A stretch of 64,000 nucleotides of DNA from a virus. Lineage: Duplodnaviria > Heunggongvirae > Uroviricota > Caudoviricetes. A program made the position numbers and the translations under genes. The notes beneath the pieces were generated by a model, which saw nothing but the letters and a program-made list of their open reading frames with translations, was not told where the DNA came from and made no database searches. The stretch's first letter is position 1. The number at the start of each line of letters is the position of its first letter. The DNA lies in IMG/VR virus record IMGVR_UViG_3300032167_005013, one strand, 5' to 3'. This document shows positions 1-9,710 of this stretch, in pieces.

Positions 1-61
1 AAAGGCTTCAAGTAATGTTGGTGGTAATTACATGTGGTTATTTGCAAGAACTAAATAAAAA

Positions 62-93
62 AGGAGGGATAATTTCCCTCCTTTATTTTTTAG
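62..93. terminator. rho-independent terminator hairpin (aggagggataatttccctcct) followed by a T-run; an A-run on the other side makes it plausibly bidirectional
   Basis: perfect 8-bp stem with taat loop, then ttattttttag; seen in sequence. Confidence 0.5.
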
Positions 94-394
94 AAAATAA
101 ATAATATGAGTTATACCGTTCTCCACGTTCAGGCGAATGAAATGAAACATCCCACCCATATTTTCCATACAAACCTTCAATATCCCAACAAAACAATTGG
201 TCACAGAAAGAACGGTCATCAAGCGGTCCAAGATAAGCGTTAACAATTTCATCAACTGTCACCTCGCTTTCTTGTTTATAAGAATTGTAATTTTTCTTAA
301 TTAGTTGGTTAATTGAATCTATAACCTCATCAGGAATCATTTCAAGCACAGATTCCTGTAGTTGACTAAATGAAATCGGTTCTATCTTTCCCAT
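83..394 (-). CDS. hypothetical protein (3' end overlaps the terminator hairpin, so the end is doubtful)
   Basis: 103-aa ORF; no motif recognised. Confidence 0.3.
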   Translation of the reverse strand: MGKIEPISFSQLQESVLEMIPDEVIDSINQLIKKNYNSYKQESEVTVDEIVNAYLGPLDDRSFCDQLFCWDIEGLYGKYGWDVSFHSPERGERYNSYYLFSKK

Positions 395-395
395 A

Positions 396-788
396 CTATT
401 CCACTCCTAAAAATTCCTTAAACTCAGTAAACGAAATTGGGTTTGTGGAAGTCGATTTACCGCCATTGAAAAATGATATAATGACCTCGTTCTTACCACC
501 TACCTTAGTAATAACCCAATGTTCTGCAGTTCTCATAAGTTCACCCACTTCAGATGGCCTGAGGTCCTCTAATGCAGGAAGATGCTCATATGTGAAAAGC
601 AGCCTATCATTATGCTTCATGAATTCATCAACAAGTTTATTTCTTGCAATGAAAAAATCTTTCGTCTTTTCCTCAACTTTTCTTGCAGTATTAACAAATT
701 CATCGAAAATACCTTTGGGTGTTTCCTTCTGCATTGTCTTGAAGTCATCGAGACTCATTGTTCTTGTAAAATTCTTTGCCATAATCAA
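396..788 (-). CDS. hypothetical protein
   Basis: 130-aa ORF preceded by a TTTG-N16-TATATTTGC promoter box. Confidence 0.5.
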   Translation of the reverse strand: MIMAKNFTRTMSLDDFKTMQKETPKGIFDEFVNTARKVEEKTKDFFIARNKLVDEFMKHNDRLLFTYEHLPALEDLRPSEVGELMRTAEHWVITKVGGKNEVIISFFNGGKSTSTNPISFTEFKEFLGVE

Positions 789-810
789 ATTCTTTTATGT
801 TCTTGACAAT

Positions 811-840
811 GCAAATATACAAATATCATGCCAAACAAAC
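811..840 (-). promoter_or_regulatory. Bacteroidetes-type sigma-A promoter (minus strand reads gtTTGtttggcatgatatttgTATATTTGC)
   Basis: TTTG-N16-TAnnTTTG architecture about 30 nt upstream of the ATG at 788. Confidence 0.5.
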
Positions 841-871
841 AAGTTTAATCAACTATTTATTATAAAATAAT

Positions 872-1285
872 ATGTTTTTTATGAAAACGGGAAGAGAATA
901 TATACAAGAAATGGTTGACAAGCTCGTTAAAGAAGCGATTAACGAGACTTTTCTTGGGGAAAAAGAGAAAGAAGGCAAAAAAATCAAATATCAGGACGAT
1001 GATAAATCAAAAGATGACGATTGGAGAGATAACCGCAAGAAAGAGAATAAAATCGCGGATGCCGCTTCAAAACGTGCACGTGTAATTCAATGGCTTAAAG
1101 ACGATTCAGTTAATTGTGCTGAAATTATGCGTAAACTTTGGAGGCCTTCAAAGAAAAAAGAGGATGCTGCAAGAAGTTATTTCTACAAATGTCGTGATGG
1201 AGAACTTAATGATACCGGAGTGCCATATTCATTTTCAGACAACGACATCAACAGGTTATATTCAATTAAGAATAATATGCTATAA
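872..1285 (+). CDS. hypothetical protein rich in K, D and E
   Basis: 137-aa ORF with an ATG start, followed by a strong terminator. Confidence 0.5.
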   Translation: MFFMKTGREYIQEMVDKLVKEAINETFLGEKEKEGKKIKYQDDDKSKDDDWRDNRKKENKIADAASKRARVIQWLKDDSVNCAEIMRKLWRPSKKKEDAARSYFYKCRDGELNDTGVPYSFSDNDINRLYSIKNNML

Positions 1286-1290
1286 TATAA

Positions 1291-1319
1291 AAGGGAGCAA
1301 CATTGCTCCCTTCTTTTTT
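1291..1319. terminator. bidirectional rho-independent terminator (aagggagcaacattgctccctt + T-run)
   Basis: perfect hairpin with a T-run; it sits between the convergent genes 872..1285 (+) and 1318..2178 (-). Confidence 0.6.
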
Positions 1320-2178
1320 AAATAGCCTTCTTCTTATAATAAGAATCATACCTACTACGCAATTTCTCGCATATCGAAGTTTTAAGTTGGCGTATTCTTT
1401 CCTTAGTCATACCCATTTCATCAGCGACATTTTCCATGTCCTTTTCCTCACATCCAATTCCAAACAGTGGCTTTATCACCTTTTGCTCTTTTTCAGTAAG
1501 CCCACTCAACATAAGACTAACAAGAGCCTCATTATATTCGGCAGTCACTGTTTTCTCATAATCGTTATATGAGGATGTTGCGTTGTTGAACTCAGGTGAG
1601 TCCTCAAAAAAAGATTCGCCGTCATCCAATGTTGAATTGATTGAACTATATGCAATGTCATATAAGTCACCAACATTTTTAATGGTCAACCCATAAACAT
1701 TTTTAAGTTCCTCAAGAAGTTCATCTGTGGTTGGATAACGCCCATTCAAAAGGAAAAACTCATTCTTCAACTTATTAGCCTTGCTATAAGTCTTATAATA
1801 GTTTGTTTTCTTAATCGGCTGATGCTCATTAAGTATATATTTGTTAAGGCGTTCTTTCATCCAAAAATTAGCATATGAACAAAGTCTGAAGCCTCTCGTA
1901 ACATCAAACCTGTTTATTGCCTCAATGAAACCGTCATTAGCCACATTTACAAGGTCAGTGACATTTTTACCATTGGAATACTGTCGGGCAAAAGAGAAAA
2001 TATATCTCTGATGTGACATAACAAGTTTATCCATTGCAGCCTGTTCACCTTCCTGTGCACGTGTTATGAGTTCAATTTCCTCTTCAGCGGAAATCAGTTC
2101 ATAATTCTTAATATCATCAAAGTAACGATGTAGATTGTTCGTTCTCTCAACCTCTTTTACAAATACACTTTTAATCAT
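1318..2178 (-). CDS. RNA polymerase sigma-70 family factor
   Basis: region 4 helix-turn-helix MGMTKERIRQLKTSICEKLR; region 2-like LCSYANFWMKERLNKYIL; 286 aa. Confidence 0.6.
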   Translation of the reverse strand: MIKSVFVKEVERTNNLHRYFDDIKNYELISAEEEIELITRAQEGEQAAMDKLVMSHQRYIFSFARQYSNGKNVTDLVNVANDGFIEAINRFDVTRGFRLCSYANFWMKERLNKYILNEHQPIKKTNYYKTYSKANKLKNEFFLLNGRYPTTDELLEELKNVYGLTIKNVGDLYDIAYSSINSTLDDGESFFEDSPEFNNATSSYNDYEKTVTAEYNEALVSLMLSGLTEKEQKVIKPLFGIGCEEKDMENVADEMGMTKERIRQLKTSICEKLRSRYDSYYKKKAI

Positions 2179-2202
2179 TCAATATCGTTTTAAATTTTTT
2201 AT

Positions 2203-2245
2203 TAAGTTTTCTTATCTTACCGCAAATACCATACCAAAAAGGTAA
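2203..2245 (-). promoter_or_regulatory. promoter and 5'UTR block upstream of the sigma factor gene; the same block recurs at 29371-29406
   Basis: about 36-nt near-identical block agttttcttatcttacYgcaaataccRtRccaaa at both sites; contains TTTGG...TATTTGC on the coding strand. Confidence 0.45.
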
Positions 2246-2270
2246 AATCAGCCACTTTGTGGCTGATTTT

Positions 2271-2603
2271 TTAAAGTTCACCACGAAGATATTCTTCAAG
2301 TCCCACATTTGCGAGGGCTTCCAAGGCAACTCTACCTCCATCAAGGTCATGATTTCCACACTTCTTGCAAGGATTCTTAAGAGCCATAGGCTTCAGCTTA
2401 ATTGTCTCCACTTCAAAACCTTCAGGGAGCGCAGCCAACATCTTCTCGTATGCAGGCTTAAGTACCGCTTCATTAACACAAACATAGCCGTTTTCCTCTC
2501 TGCGAGACCAAAGGCAATTAATGCACATCTTCTTTAAACCATATGCGTTAGGGCACTTACCCTCTACAAGTTCGCTTCCGCAAATAACACAAAATTCACT
2601 CAT
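2271..2603 (-). CDS. Zn-ribbon protein (several CxxC pairs)
   Basis: CVICGSELVEGKCP ... CINC ... CKKCGNH in 110 aa. Confidence 0.5.
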   Translation of the reverse strand: MSEFCVICGSELVEGKCPNAYGLKKMCINCLWSRREENGYVCVNEAVLKPAYEKMLAALPEGFEVETIKLKPMALKNPCKKCGNHDLDGGRVALEALANVGLEEYLRGEL

Positions 2604-2656
2604 ATTAAATCTATTTTTTAAATTATCGAAAATATACTACAAATATCATACCAAAT
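2601..2656 (-). repeat. 56-bp direct repeat (second copy at 3171-3226, one mismatch) covering the start codon, 5'UTR and promoter of two adjacent genes
   Basis: catattaaatctattttttaaattatcgaaaatatactacaaatatcatRccaaa occurs twice. Confidence 0.8.
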
Positions 2657-2750
2657 TATTAATATCATTAATTTCAAAAATTGTTATCAACTAAAGTCAT
2701 GTTTTTACCCATTCTATATATTAGTGATTTTATATTAGTTAAATTTTGTT

Positions 2751-3173
2751 TCATAAGTATAACACTTTTATTTCCAAATTATTCATGTTTTTTAAAAATC
2801 TATCACTTTCTTCAATCGCCAATTTTATTCGTTCAGTTTTTTCATTACATAATAGTAAAATATTATATTGTGTTTGTAAAATATTTTTACATTTCACTGT
2901 CAATTCTTTTACTTTTTGCTCATTAACAAATTCACTAAATACGGATAAAATTATATTTTCAGCAATTTCAATATCAGAGTCGCCATCCTCTTTAGCATAT
3001 TTTTTAACAATATTAATGCCATTCAAAATATATTCTTCACATTCTGATATAATGCTTTCGCATAAAGCAATATTGTCTACAATAAAACGGCCTTCAGAGT
3101 CTGCAATAATTCCATGTTTATTAAACATAAAGGCATGATATCCATGGCATTTCACATAATATTTTTTCTCCAT
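2751..3173 (-). CDS. hypothetical protein
   Basis: 140-aa ORF with the duplicated promoter and 5'UTR block upstream. Confidence 0.5.
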   Translation of the reverse strand: MEKKYYVKCHGYHAFMFNKHGIIADSEGRFIVDNIALCESIISECEEYILNGINIVKKYAKEDGDSDIEIAENIILSVFSEFVNEQKVKELTVKCKNILQTQYNILLLCNEKTERIKLAIEESDRFLKNMNNLEIKVLYL

Positions 3174-3236
3174 ATTAAATCTATTTTTTAAATTATCGAA
3201 AATATACTACAAATATCATGCCAAAAATTCTTAATA

Positions 3237-3776
3237 TTAAGAAACTCGTTCCCAATTAAGTTCATAGTCTAGACACTTATATGTACCTGGTTGTAGTCCA
3301 CCCTTCATACAGAATTCATGAACAAGGCTCTCAATGAATACAAGATTCTCCACAATATACTCATAAAGCCCATACATATATTCCTCAAGTTCCTCAGGGT
3401 AACGTCTTCCTGTTGGCTCTAATTCTGTGCCGGGAATAGCCTCACCCCATTTTCCTATAATAAGAGCAACATCTTCAAGGACATAAGTTCCGCCGAAAAG
3501 GTTATATTGGTCAATTGCCCAACCTATATGTGAGTGGGGGTTGAACTCATTGATTTCTTCCATAAGAACCTCGTTCTCCTTCATATAAAAATCCCATTCA
3601 TCATGTTTTGTGGATAACTTATTTTCAGGTTCCATTTTATCAACAAGATTAAGACGCCTTACAGTCCTCTTAAGTTGTGCAAGTTTTTCTTTATCATCGA
3701 AATCAAACGCTTCCACCTTAATTGCTGAAATTAGTTTCAAGTGGTCTTCGGTTAATGTAATCTTTTTTACTGCCAT
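3237..3776 (-). CDS. hypothetical protein
   Basis: 179-aa ORF. Confidence 0.5.
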   Translation of the reverse strand: MAVKKITLTEDHLKLISAIKVEAFDFDDKEKLAQLKRTVRRLNLVDKMEPENKLSTKHDEWDFYMKENEVLMEEINEFNPHSHIGWAIDQYNLFGGTYVLEDVALIIGKWGEAIPGTELEPTGRRYPEELEEYMYGLYEYIVENLVFIESLVHEFCMKGGLQPGTYKCLDYELNWERVS

Positions 3777-3831
3777 AATTTTCTATGATTTTATACTAAT
3801 AATATAAAAAAATGTTACACAAATGTCAATG

Positions 3832-4623
3832 TTATTGCTTCAAAAGCAATTTTTGACTTATGAAATCTGAAAATTTGACTTTAGTCTCCCCATTGGTTAA
3901 ACAAAGTTCATTCAGTTTGAACTTTACCTTTCCATCTTTATAACACCATCTAACTTCACCTGTATTATGAAGATGATTATAATCGTATATCATGAAAATG
4001 ATATCTCGTTTAGGAAGATGCGGGTGCTGTTTCACAAACTCATCCAGAAGATACTGTTTATTGAAAAAATTTGCTCTATCGTTTTTTAAAGAAATGTTCT
4101 TATTACCTAAAAAAGTCGATATCGGTTTAACCTGTATATATTCTTTAACAACACCATCTTTTTTAACTATGAGGTCAACGCCATATTCAGAATCCATCAC
4201 ACCATATGTTTCTTCAACATCATAACCTTTCTCAGAAAGAATCTTTACCAATTCTTTCTCAGGTTTATGACCATCAAAAGTTTCAATGATGACATGGCAA
4301 ATAATATCATCAAAAAATTCTTCCAAAGTAAATGTGTCGTCATTAACAAGTTCTTTATAACGTCCGGCCAGCATTTGAAGATGCTCTATTGAACGTCCGT
4401 ATTCTTTATCCCCCTTTAAATTCTTTGGAATATAATTGGGGGTCGGTAGATAAGTTGTGTATTTATCGAAGAAATCCTGATATGAAATAGGTTTTAATTT
4501 AGCGTATAATTTGCTATTATCCCCCACATATGGTTTAGGGGCGATATTATCTTTATATATCTGATTATATTTTGCCAACTTTTTTTTCAGATTCTGATAA
4601 TACTCAACACTTTTAAGAATCAT
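3832..4623 (-). CDS. hypothetical protein with a possible PD-(D/E)xK nuclease-like motif
   Basis: GVDLIVKKDGVVKEYIQVK (D...E-x-K pattern); weak. Confidence 0.3.
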   Translation of the reverse strand: MILKSVEYYQNLKKKLAKYNQIYKDNIAPKPYVGDNSKLYAKLKPISYQDFFDKYTTYLPTPNYIPKNLKGDKEYGRSIEHLQMLAGRYKELVNDDTFTLEEFFDDIICHVIIETFDGHKPEKELVKILSEKGYDVEETYGVMDSEYGVDLIVKKDGVVKEYIQVKPISTFLGNKNISLKNDRANFFNKQYLLDEFVKQHPHLPKRDIIFMIYDYNHLHNTGEVRWCYKDGKVKFKLNELCLTNGETKVKFSDFISQKLLLKQ

Positions 4624-4638
4624 ATTATTTCAAATAAT

Positions 4639-5364
4639 TTAGTGTTTATTTGGCACGTATCTTCCATATTTTTCCAATGCCTTCTCTCGTGCCTCTTCAA
4701 AAAGTTCACCTGAGCATTCAGTAAACTTATAGTATTCTTCAACATCACATCCCAAATATAAGTTACCATCATCACCAAGATGAAACATATTCTCAGAAGC
4801 AATATTCATTTCTGTTTGTGTTGTTAAACAACAAAATTTATAATCTTCCTCCGTTTGTTCCTGCAACCATATATAATCCTGAGGCATCCATTCGCCATCA
4901 AAACTTTTATCATATCTCTCATATAAAAACTGATATGACTCAAATTCTTGGACACATGGTAAACCAACAACCTGTATGACCGAACCTAAAGAATCACATT
5001 TAAATGTTTTTCCCAAAAGATAATCAAATTCTTCCCTTCTAACATTGAAGAACGAATCATTGTCATCGGATATCATAACAATATCTGTTTCAGCCTGTGG
5101 TTCAATATTGTCATAAAAATCAGTACTAGGAGAAAGATAAAAACCTGTCAACACATACTTACCCTTATCAAGATAGCCTTTAGGGACAAAATGCATCTTC
5201 CCACAAGATTCCTCGATAAGTCTAACAACATCATCGTTAATAATTTTTATAACGCCGATGGCATCACTTAAACATGTAATGTGTGGGTCATGCACATCAG
5301 AATCAATTAAAAATTCGTTTTTCTTATCCACCATAAACAACCATTGTATTATTATCCCAATCAA
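4639..5364 (-). CDS. hypothetical protein
   Basis: 241-aa ORF. Confidence 0.45.
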   Translation of the reverse strand: MIGIIIQWLFMVDKKNEFLIDSDVHDPHITCLSDAIGVIKIINDDVVRLIEESCGKMHFVPKGYLDKGKYVLTGFYLSPSTDFYDNIEPQAETDIVMISDDNDSFFNVRREEFDYLLGKTFKCDSLGSVIQVVGLPCVQEFESYQFLYERYDKSFDGEWMPQDYIWLQEQTEEDYKFCCLTTQTEMNIASENMFHLGDDGNLYLGCDVEEYYKFTECSGELFEEAREKALEKYGRYVPNKH

Positions 5365-5875
5365 ATGTCTTATAAATAAAAATCATATCAAAAATGGCAA
5401 ACTTATACATCCATGAACTACTTACGAGTTTTCTATCAGATAAATCAATATTGAAATAGTGCCTTTCACCATCATCTCCTAAATAACTACTCTCCCATTC
5501 TCTAATTTCATGCTCCCATTCCTTTACCAATTCAACAGTAAACCAATGCTTTGAAAATTCTTTTTCCTCAGGATGCTGATATAAGTCAAGAGATGCTTTC
5601 ATATAATCAATTATCCTCTGTCTGTATTCAAGAATAATCATCTTGAATCCTTCTTTGGTTATTGAATACACATCAACATCATCATGTTCGAACAAGCATT
5701 TGATTTCTTTTTGAAAATCTTCATTCTCCCCTTTTAGTTTAAGCCAAAATTCAGTACCGTTGTTATGACAAATTACCTCGCCGTTAATTTCAAACCACGG
5801 ATAACCGTTATCTTCTTCAACTTTTATTATCGGTTCATCCTTATCCGCTTTATACCAATTAACCCTCCAACCCAT
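5324..5875 (-). CDS. hypothetical protein
   Basis: 183-aa ORF. Confidence 0.45.
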   Translation of the reverse strand: MGWRVNWYKADKDEPIIKVEEDNGYPWFEINGEVICHNNGTEFWLKLKGENEDFQKEIKCLFEHDDVDVYSITKEGFKMIILEYRQRIIDYMKASLDLYQHPEEKEFSKHWFTVELVKEWEHEIREWESSYLGDDGERHYFNIDLSDRKLVSSSWMYKFAIFDMIFIYKTFDWDNNTMVVYGG

Positions 5876-6122
5876 ATGTTCCTAAAAGTTCTTCTATTAT
5901 TTTTTTATCAATTGCATCCGAAATATTTTTTGTCTGTTCGTTAAGAATATCATTCTCTATTGTTTTTTTCCATTCAGCATCCGGGACATATTGTTTTACA
6001 AGATAACAATGAATTACAGATTGCCCGTTACAATAACGCTGAAATTCGTCTCCTTCATTTCTACAACCTTTACAATGTTCTTTTCTTAACTTTTTGACAA
6101 AATCAGTCTCTGTGTATATCAT
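5859..6122 (-). CDS. small Cys-rich protein
   Basis: CKGCRNEGDEFQRYCNG. Confidence 0.35.
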   Translation of the reverse strand: MIYTETDFVKKLRKEHCKGCRNEGDEFQRYCNGQSVIHCYLVKQYVPDAEWKKTIENDILNEQTKNISDAIDKKIIEELLGTYGLEG

Positions 6123-6130
6123 AATTTTTT

Positions 6131-6697
6131 TTATAATTGAAATTTCGTGTTTATATAAAAAATATCTCCCTGTGGAGGTGAAAAAGGTTTCACAGCAATT
6201 TCATCGTATTTAGGGAATCTAAATTGTACAATTGGATAATATCTTTGTTTTTCATTGTTTGTTGTGTCGGAATACAATTTATCAGTTTCTATTTTATTTA
6301 ACAAATCATATTCCTTTTCAACCTTAAACTCCACAGTACCGTCTTTTTTGACACCTCTAAGATACTTTACCCAATCCACTGTGCATTCTTCCACCGATTC
6401 ATAGCCATAGTCACCAACTAATCTTGCTGTATTGATATGATTGGATTTTTCGAACTTCTCCCTTTCTTCTTTAAAAACTCGCTCAAGTTTTTCTTTTGTT
6501 TCACTGTTCGTTACAAACGAATAATATGGTCTGCACTTTTGAGGAATCTTGGATAACGCATCATCTATTGCCTTCCGACATTCAGCACAATAATACATTG
6601 AACAACCTTCCTCAGTACCATACTCAGGGCCATTACCATATGTACAATATGTGTATTCTTTTTGACAATGTTTACATCTTAATCTGAAATGCTGCAT
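6131..6697 (-). CDS. Zn-ribbon protein
   Basis: CKHCQKEYTYC ... CAECRKAIDD. Confidence 0.45.
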   Translation of the reverse strand: MQHFRLRCKHCQKEYTYCTYGNGPEYGTEEGCSMYYCAECRKAIDDALSKIPQKCRPYYSFVTNSETKEKLERVFKEEREKFEKSNHINTARLVGDYGYESVEECTVDWVKYLRGVKKDGTVEFKVEKEYDLLNKIETDKLYSDTTNNEKQRYYPIVQFRFPKYDEIAVKPFSPPQGDIFYINTKFQL

Positions 6698-6701
6698 ACT
6701 A

Positions 6702-7145
6702 TTAATCTACATTTACACTCAAATTATATAAATCAGCAAAATCATTAATAACAGTTTCTATGTATTCCCTTCTTCTGTGATAATGAAGTTGATTGTTAAT
6801 ATCATATTCACAATACTTATTACCGCTTCTCTCGTATAGCCATCCTCTTAATTCTTGAATTTCATGGGCTTCTCTAATGAATTCCCCATAGTCAAAACTG
6901 TCATCATTCCTTTTAGATTCCAAAAAACGTGTAATACCCTCCACACAAGGCAATACTTTTATTTCAGAACACCATAGTCCCTTGGTGTTTTCATGTTCGG
7001 ATTTTTTTTGATAAAACTCAATATCAAACATCACATCCCTATTCCCATAATATATTTGATATACCATAACTTTACTCTGTTTTTTTATTTTGTTCATTTG
7101 CATATTCATACCCTTGAATGAACATCTCATAGCAAAGCGATTCAA
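6702..7145 (-). CDS. hypothetical protein (start is probably an internal Met because it overlaps the upstream gene)
   Basis: 147-aa ORF. Confidence 0.4.
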   Translation of the reverse strand: MNRFAMRCSFKGMNMQMNKIKKQSKVMVYQIYYGNRDVMFDIEFYQKKSEHENTKGLWCSEIKVLPCVEGITRFLESKRNDDSFDYGEFIREAHEIQELRGWLYERSGNKYCEYDINNQLHYHRRREYIETVINDFADLYNLSVNVD

Positions 7146-7497
7146 TTATATCGGCAATTTCTCCTGCTTTTCTTTGATTTTCCATATACTTTGCCCTATA
7201 CTCTCTCGCACCTCTCATTCTATCGTCAATTGGATATATTTTATTTACTATCGTTTCCTTTACATCATGAAGTTTTGTCTCAAGATTTATATCATAAGGT
7301 AACTGAAGTTCATAAAACTCTTTATTAAGAATATCGATACAATCTTTATAAGCCTTTATTTGTGATTTCCTATCAGTAAAAGGACAGGACAATAAATCAT
7401 TTTCTAAGAAACCAATACGATTCAATATAACAGTTTTCATCTGTTCTGCCCTGAAATCATTTTGCAGCCGTTCACTCAATATTTCTTTTACATTCAT
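7072..7497 (-). CDS. hypothetical protein
   Basis: 141-aa ORF. Confidence 0.45.
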   Translation of the reverse strand: MNVKEILSERLQNDFRAEQMKTVILNRIGFLENDLLSCPFTDRKSQIKAYKDCIDILNKEFYELQLPYDINLETKLHDVKETIVNKIYPIDDRMRGAREYRAKYMENQRKAGEIADIIESLCYEMFIQGYEYANEQNKKTE

Positions 7498-7504
7498 ATT
7501 ACTT

Positions 7505-7720
7505 TTATAGTTTAATCATTTGTTTATCAAAACATCCATAATCAATGTTTGAACCATCATATTCCCCCCATTCATCCTCCCATTCACTTGCCCAAGCTTC
7601 ATATTCCCAAGGCATTTCATTTTTAATAAAATCAATTGCATCATTATAGTTTTTATCTATAACAATTTTATGCTCAATGTCACCTGAACCTGTTTTTAAT
7701 ACATAACTATAAATTTCCAT
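7505..7720 (-). CDS. small acidic hypothetical protein
   Basis: 71-aa ORF. Confidence 0.35.
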   Translation of the reverse strand: MEIYSYVLKTGSGDIEHKIVIDKNYNDAIDFIKNEMPWEYEAWASEWEDEWGEYDGSNIDYGCFDKQMIKL

Positions 7721-7745
7721 AATTAACTACTTTTAATTTTTATTA

Positions 7746-8516
7746 TTACTTTACCTCCCAAACTTTACCTTCAAGTTCCTGATTTTCACAATTCTCTAAA
7801 ATGTTAAAAAGGTTTGTCTTCTTAGCCTTCTTCTCATTCTTTTCAAAAACCCAAAATGTTGAAGTATATTTTCTTGCATGCTGTTGTGCCTTGTACTTAC
7901 CTGCAGAAATTAGTCTTGCTTTTGCTTCAAGAATAAACTCATCCTTAACATAAAAACCAAGTTTCTGAGCAGACATGAATGCAAATGGTACAGCCCAAAT
8001 TTCCAAGCCACCCGAAACTGTTGATTGCATTTTAAAAACACAGATTCCTCCGGGTTTAAGGACTCTATAAGCCTCTTTAATCCACCAATATTCATTTTCC
8101 ATAAGTTCACCCACAGGATAAAAGGATGAAAATCTCTTGGCTATCAATGATGAACCTTCTTTGTTATTAACAACACTTGGACAAGCCTTAGGAGAAATCA
8201 CAAATGGAAGGTCAATGACAATTGATTCGATGCTTTCATCTTCCAACGGAAGTTTTTCAAATGGGGTGATTTTACCAACCCTATCAAACTGAGGGAATAC
8301 ATCAAAAAGGTACTTTGGTTCAGGAATATGATATTCTTCACCTTTTCTATCTTCATAGAATTTCAATGTCGAGGCCGTAATATCACAATCAAATGGTTTA
8401 CCACCGTTATGCAGTGTCATAATATTATACAATATCTCTTTTTGGTCATAAGAAATATTGCGTATAATCGTACTGTTATTAAACTCTTCTTTTGTAAGTC
8501 TTGCGTTATCTTCCAT
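7746..8516 (-). CDS. putative SAM-dependent (N6/N4 DNA) methyltransferase-like protein
   Basis: IVIDLPF (a variant of the DPPY/F motif) followed by YRVLKPGGICVF (the RvLKpgG block of beta-class N6_N4 methyltransferases); no clear FxGxG; start moved to ATG 8514-8516 because the ORF-track start is TTG. Confidence 0.35.
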   Translation of the reverse strand: MEDNARLTKEEFNNSTIIRNISYDQKEILYNIMTLHNGGKPFDCDITASTLKFYEDRKGEEYHIPEPKYLFDVFPQFDRVGKITPFEKLPLEDESIESIVIDLPFVISPKACPSVVNNKEGSSLIAKRFSSFYPVGELMENEYWWIKEAYRVLKPGGICVFKMQSTVSGGLEIWAVPFAFMSAQKLGFYVKDEFILEAKARLISAGKYKAQQHARKYTSTFWVFEKNEKKAKKTNLFNILENCENQELEGKVWEVK

Positions 8517-8590
8517 ATATTTAAATTTTGTGCAAATATAGGTTTTTTTCTCCAAAAGACAAAACTATTTATTAAAAAATAAGTTAAGTC

Positions 8591-9022
8591 ATGTGGGGAA
8601 TTTTAAAACAAATATTCTTTATTATATGGCAGTTACCACAGGTACTTGTCGCATTGGTAATGTGGCCATTTCTTGGAAAGAAAAAACTGATTAGAAAAGA
8701 AAACTACTGTTGGATTTATGAATGTGAGGCGATGAGAGGTGGTATTTCTTTGGGTTGTTTCATTTATCTTTCCCCAAGTTGCGCCAAAAGAGAAACAACA
8801 ATACGCCATGAATTGGGACATGTAAAACAAAGCCATTACCTTGGGGTTTTATACTTGCTTATTATAGGCCTCCCAAGTATATTATGGGCTTGGTTAGGAG
8901 ATGACAATAAATGCTATTTTTCGTTCTACACAGAATCTTGGGCAAATAAACTTATGGAGTTGGAAGTTCGAAGTAACGGACGAAGATGTTATCTCTATCT
9001 ACCAAAAGAAAAGGATGCTTAA
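8591..9022 (+). CDS. membrane protein with an HExxH zinc-metallopeptidase motif
   Basis: N-terminal hydrophobic segment plus HELGHVKQSH; the only plus-strand gene within the first 14 kb of minus-strand genes. Confidence 0.4.
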   Translation: MWGILKQIFFIIWQLPQVLVALVMWPFLGKKKLIRKENYCWIYECEAMRGGISLGCFIYLSPSCAKRETTIRHELGHVKQSHYLGVLYLLIIGLPSILWAWLGDDNKCYFSFYTESWANKLMELEVRSNGRRCYLYLPKEKDA

Positions 9023-9023
9023 T

Positions 9024-9482
9024 TTAAGCATCCTTTTCTGTATACTCAACGTTTAAAATTAAAGGGGAGGTATCAGCATAATCAAAATGAAGTAGATTTG
9101 ATAAATCCACTCGGTGAAAACACATGTCTTCAAATTTTCTTTTTCTTACAACTTTTCCACAAGGGTCTAACAAAAGGAATTCAAAAGTAGTTAAAACATC
9201 TTGATTATTTTCAAATTCAGAAATAATTGCATCAATATCATCTTCCGTACCAAGACTAATACCAAATTTTAAAGATGCATTCCCAAAACTAACACTAGTT
9301 ATCCTTAATTCAGGTATTTCCATTCCCTTGGTTGTTCTTAACAACCATCTATGGTGCGTTAAAAAAAAATTATTTTCATTTTTTCCAATTTTTAATGATT
9401 CCATTTTTTTTAATTTAACATTTATTATGGATTGGCATATCAGGTTTAAGATATTGAAAACCCTTTCGCTTTTCCGTCTCAA
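9024..9482 (-). CDS. hypothetical protein
   Basis: 152-aa ORF. Confidence 0.4.
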   Translation of the reverse strand: MRRKSERVFNILNLICQSIINVKLKKMESLKIGKNENNFFLTHHRWLLRTTKGMEIPELRITSVSFGNASLKFGISLGTEDDIDAIISEFENNQDVLTTFEFLLLDPCGKVVRKRKFEDMCFHRVDLSNLLHFDYADTSPLILNVEYTEKDA

Positions 9483-9690
9483 TCAAACGTAGAAATGTTT
9501 GCTGATATTCCGCTGAAAGGAGCCCTCCATTATAATACACACAACCGTGTACCACTGAAATTTCCATACCCGCAGGGACTGCCATGTTTCCAAAACCCCA
9601 TTCTTTCTTAAAAACATATTTCTCAACATCGTTTATGCTACTCTTAGGGGCAAATGTATATGTCTTTATTCCGTTATTTTCCGTTACCAT
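9415..9690 (-). CDS. hypothetical protein
   Basis: 91-aa ORF. Confidence 0.35.
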   Translation of the reverse strand: MVTENNGIKTYTFAPKSSINDVEKYVFKKEWGFGNMAVPAGMEISVVHGCVYYNGGLLSAEYQQTFLRLIETEKRKGFQYLKPDMPIHNKC

Positions 9691-9710
9691 TGTTCAAAAA
9701 TATTTTAATA

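Noticed and set aside
370-870. Opposite-strand or nested ORFs from the six-frame track (for example 370..870, 582..806, 2746..3138, 12600..12812, 38344..38550, 57819..58004).
   Set aside because: They lie entirely within longer ORFs on the other strand that have recognisable motifs or an operon context, and they have odd composition. They are treated as spurious.
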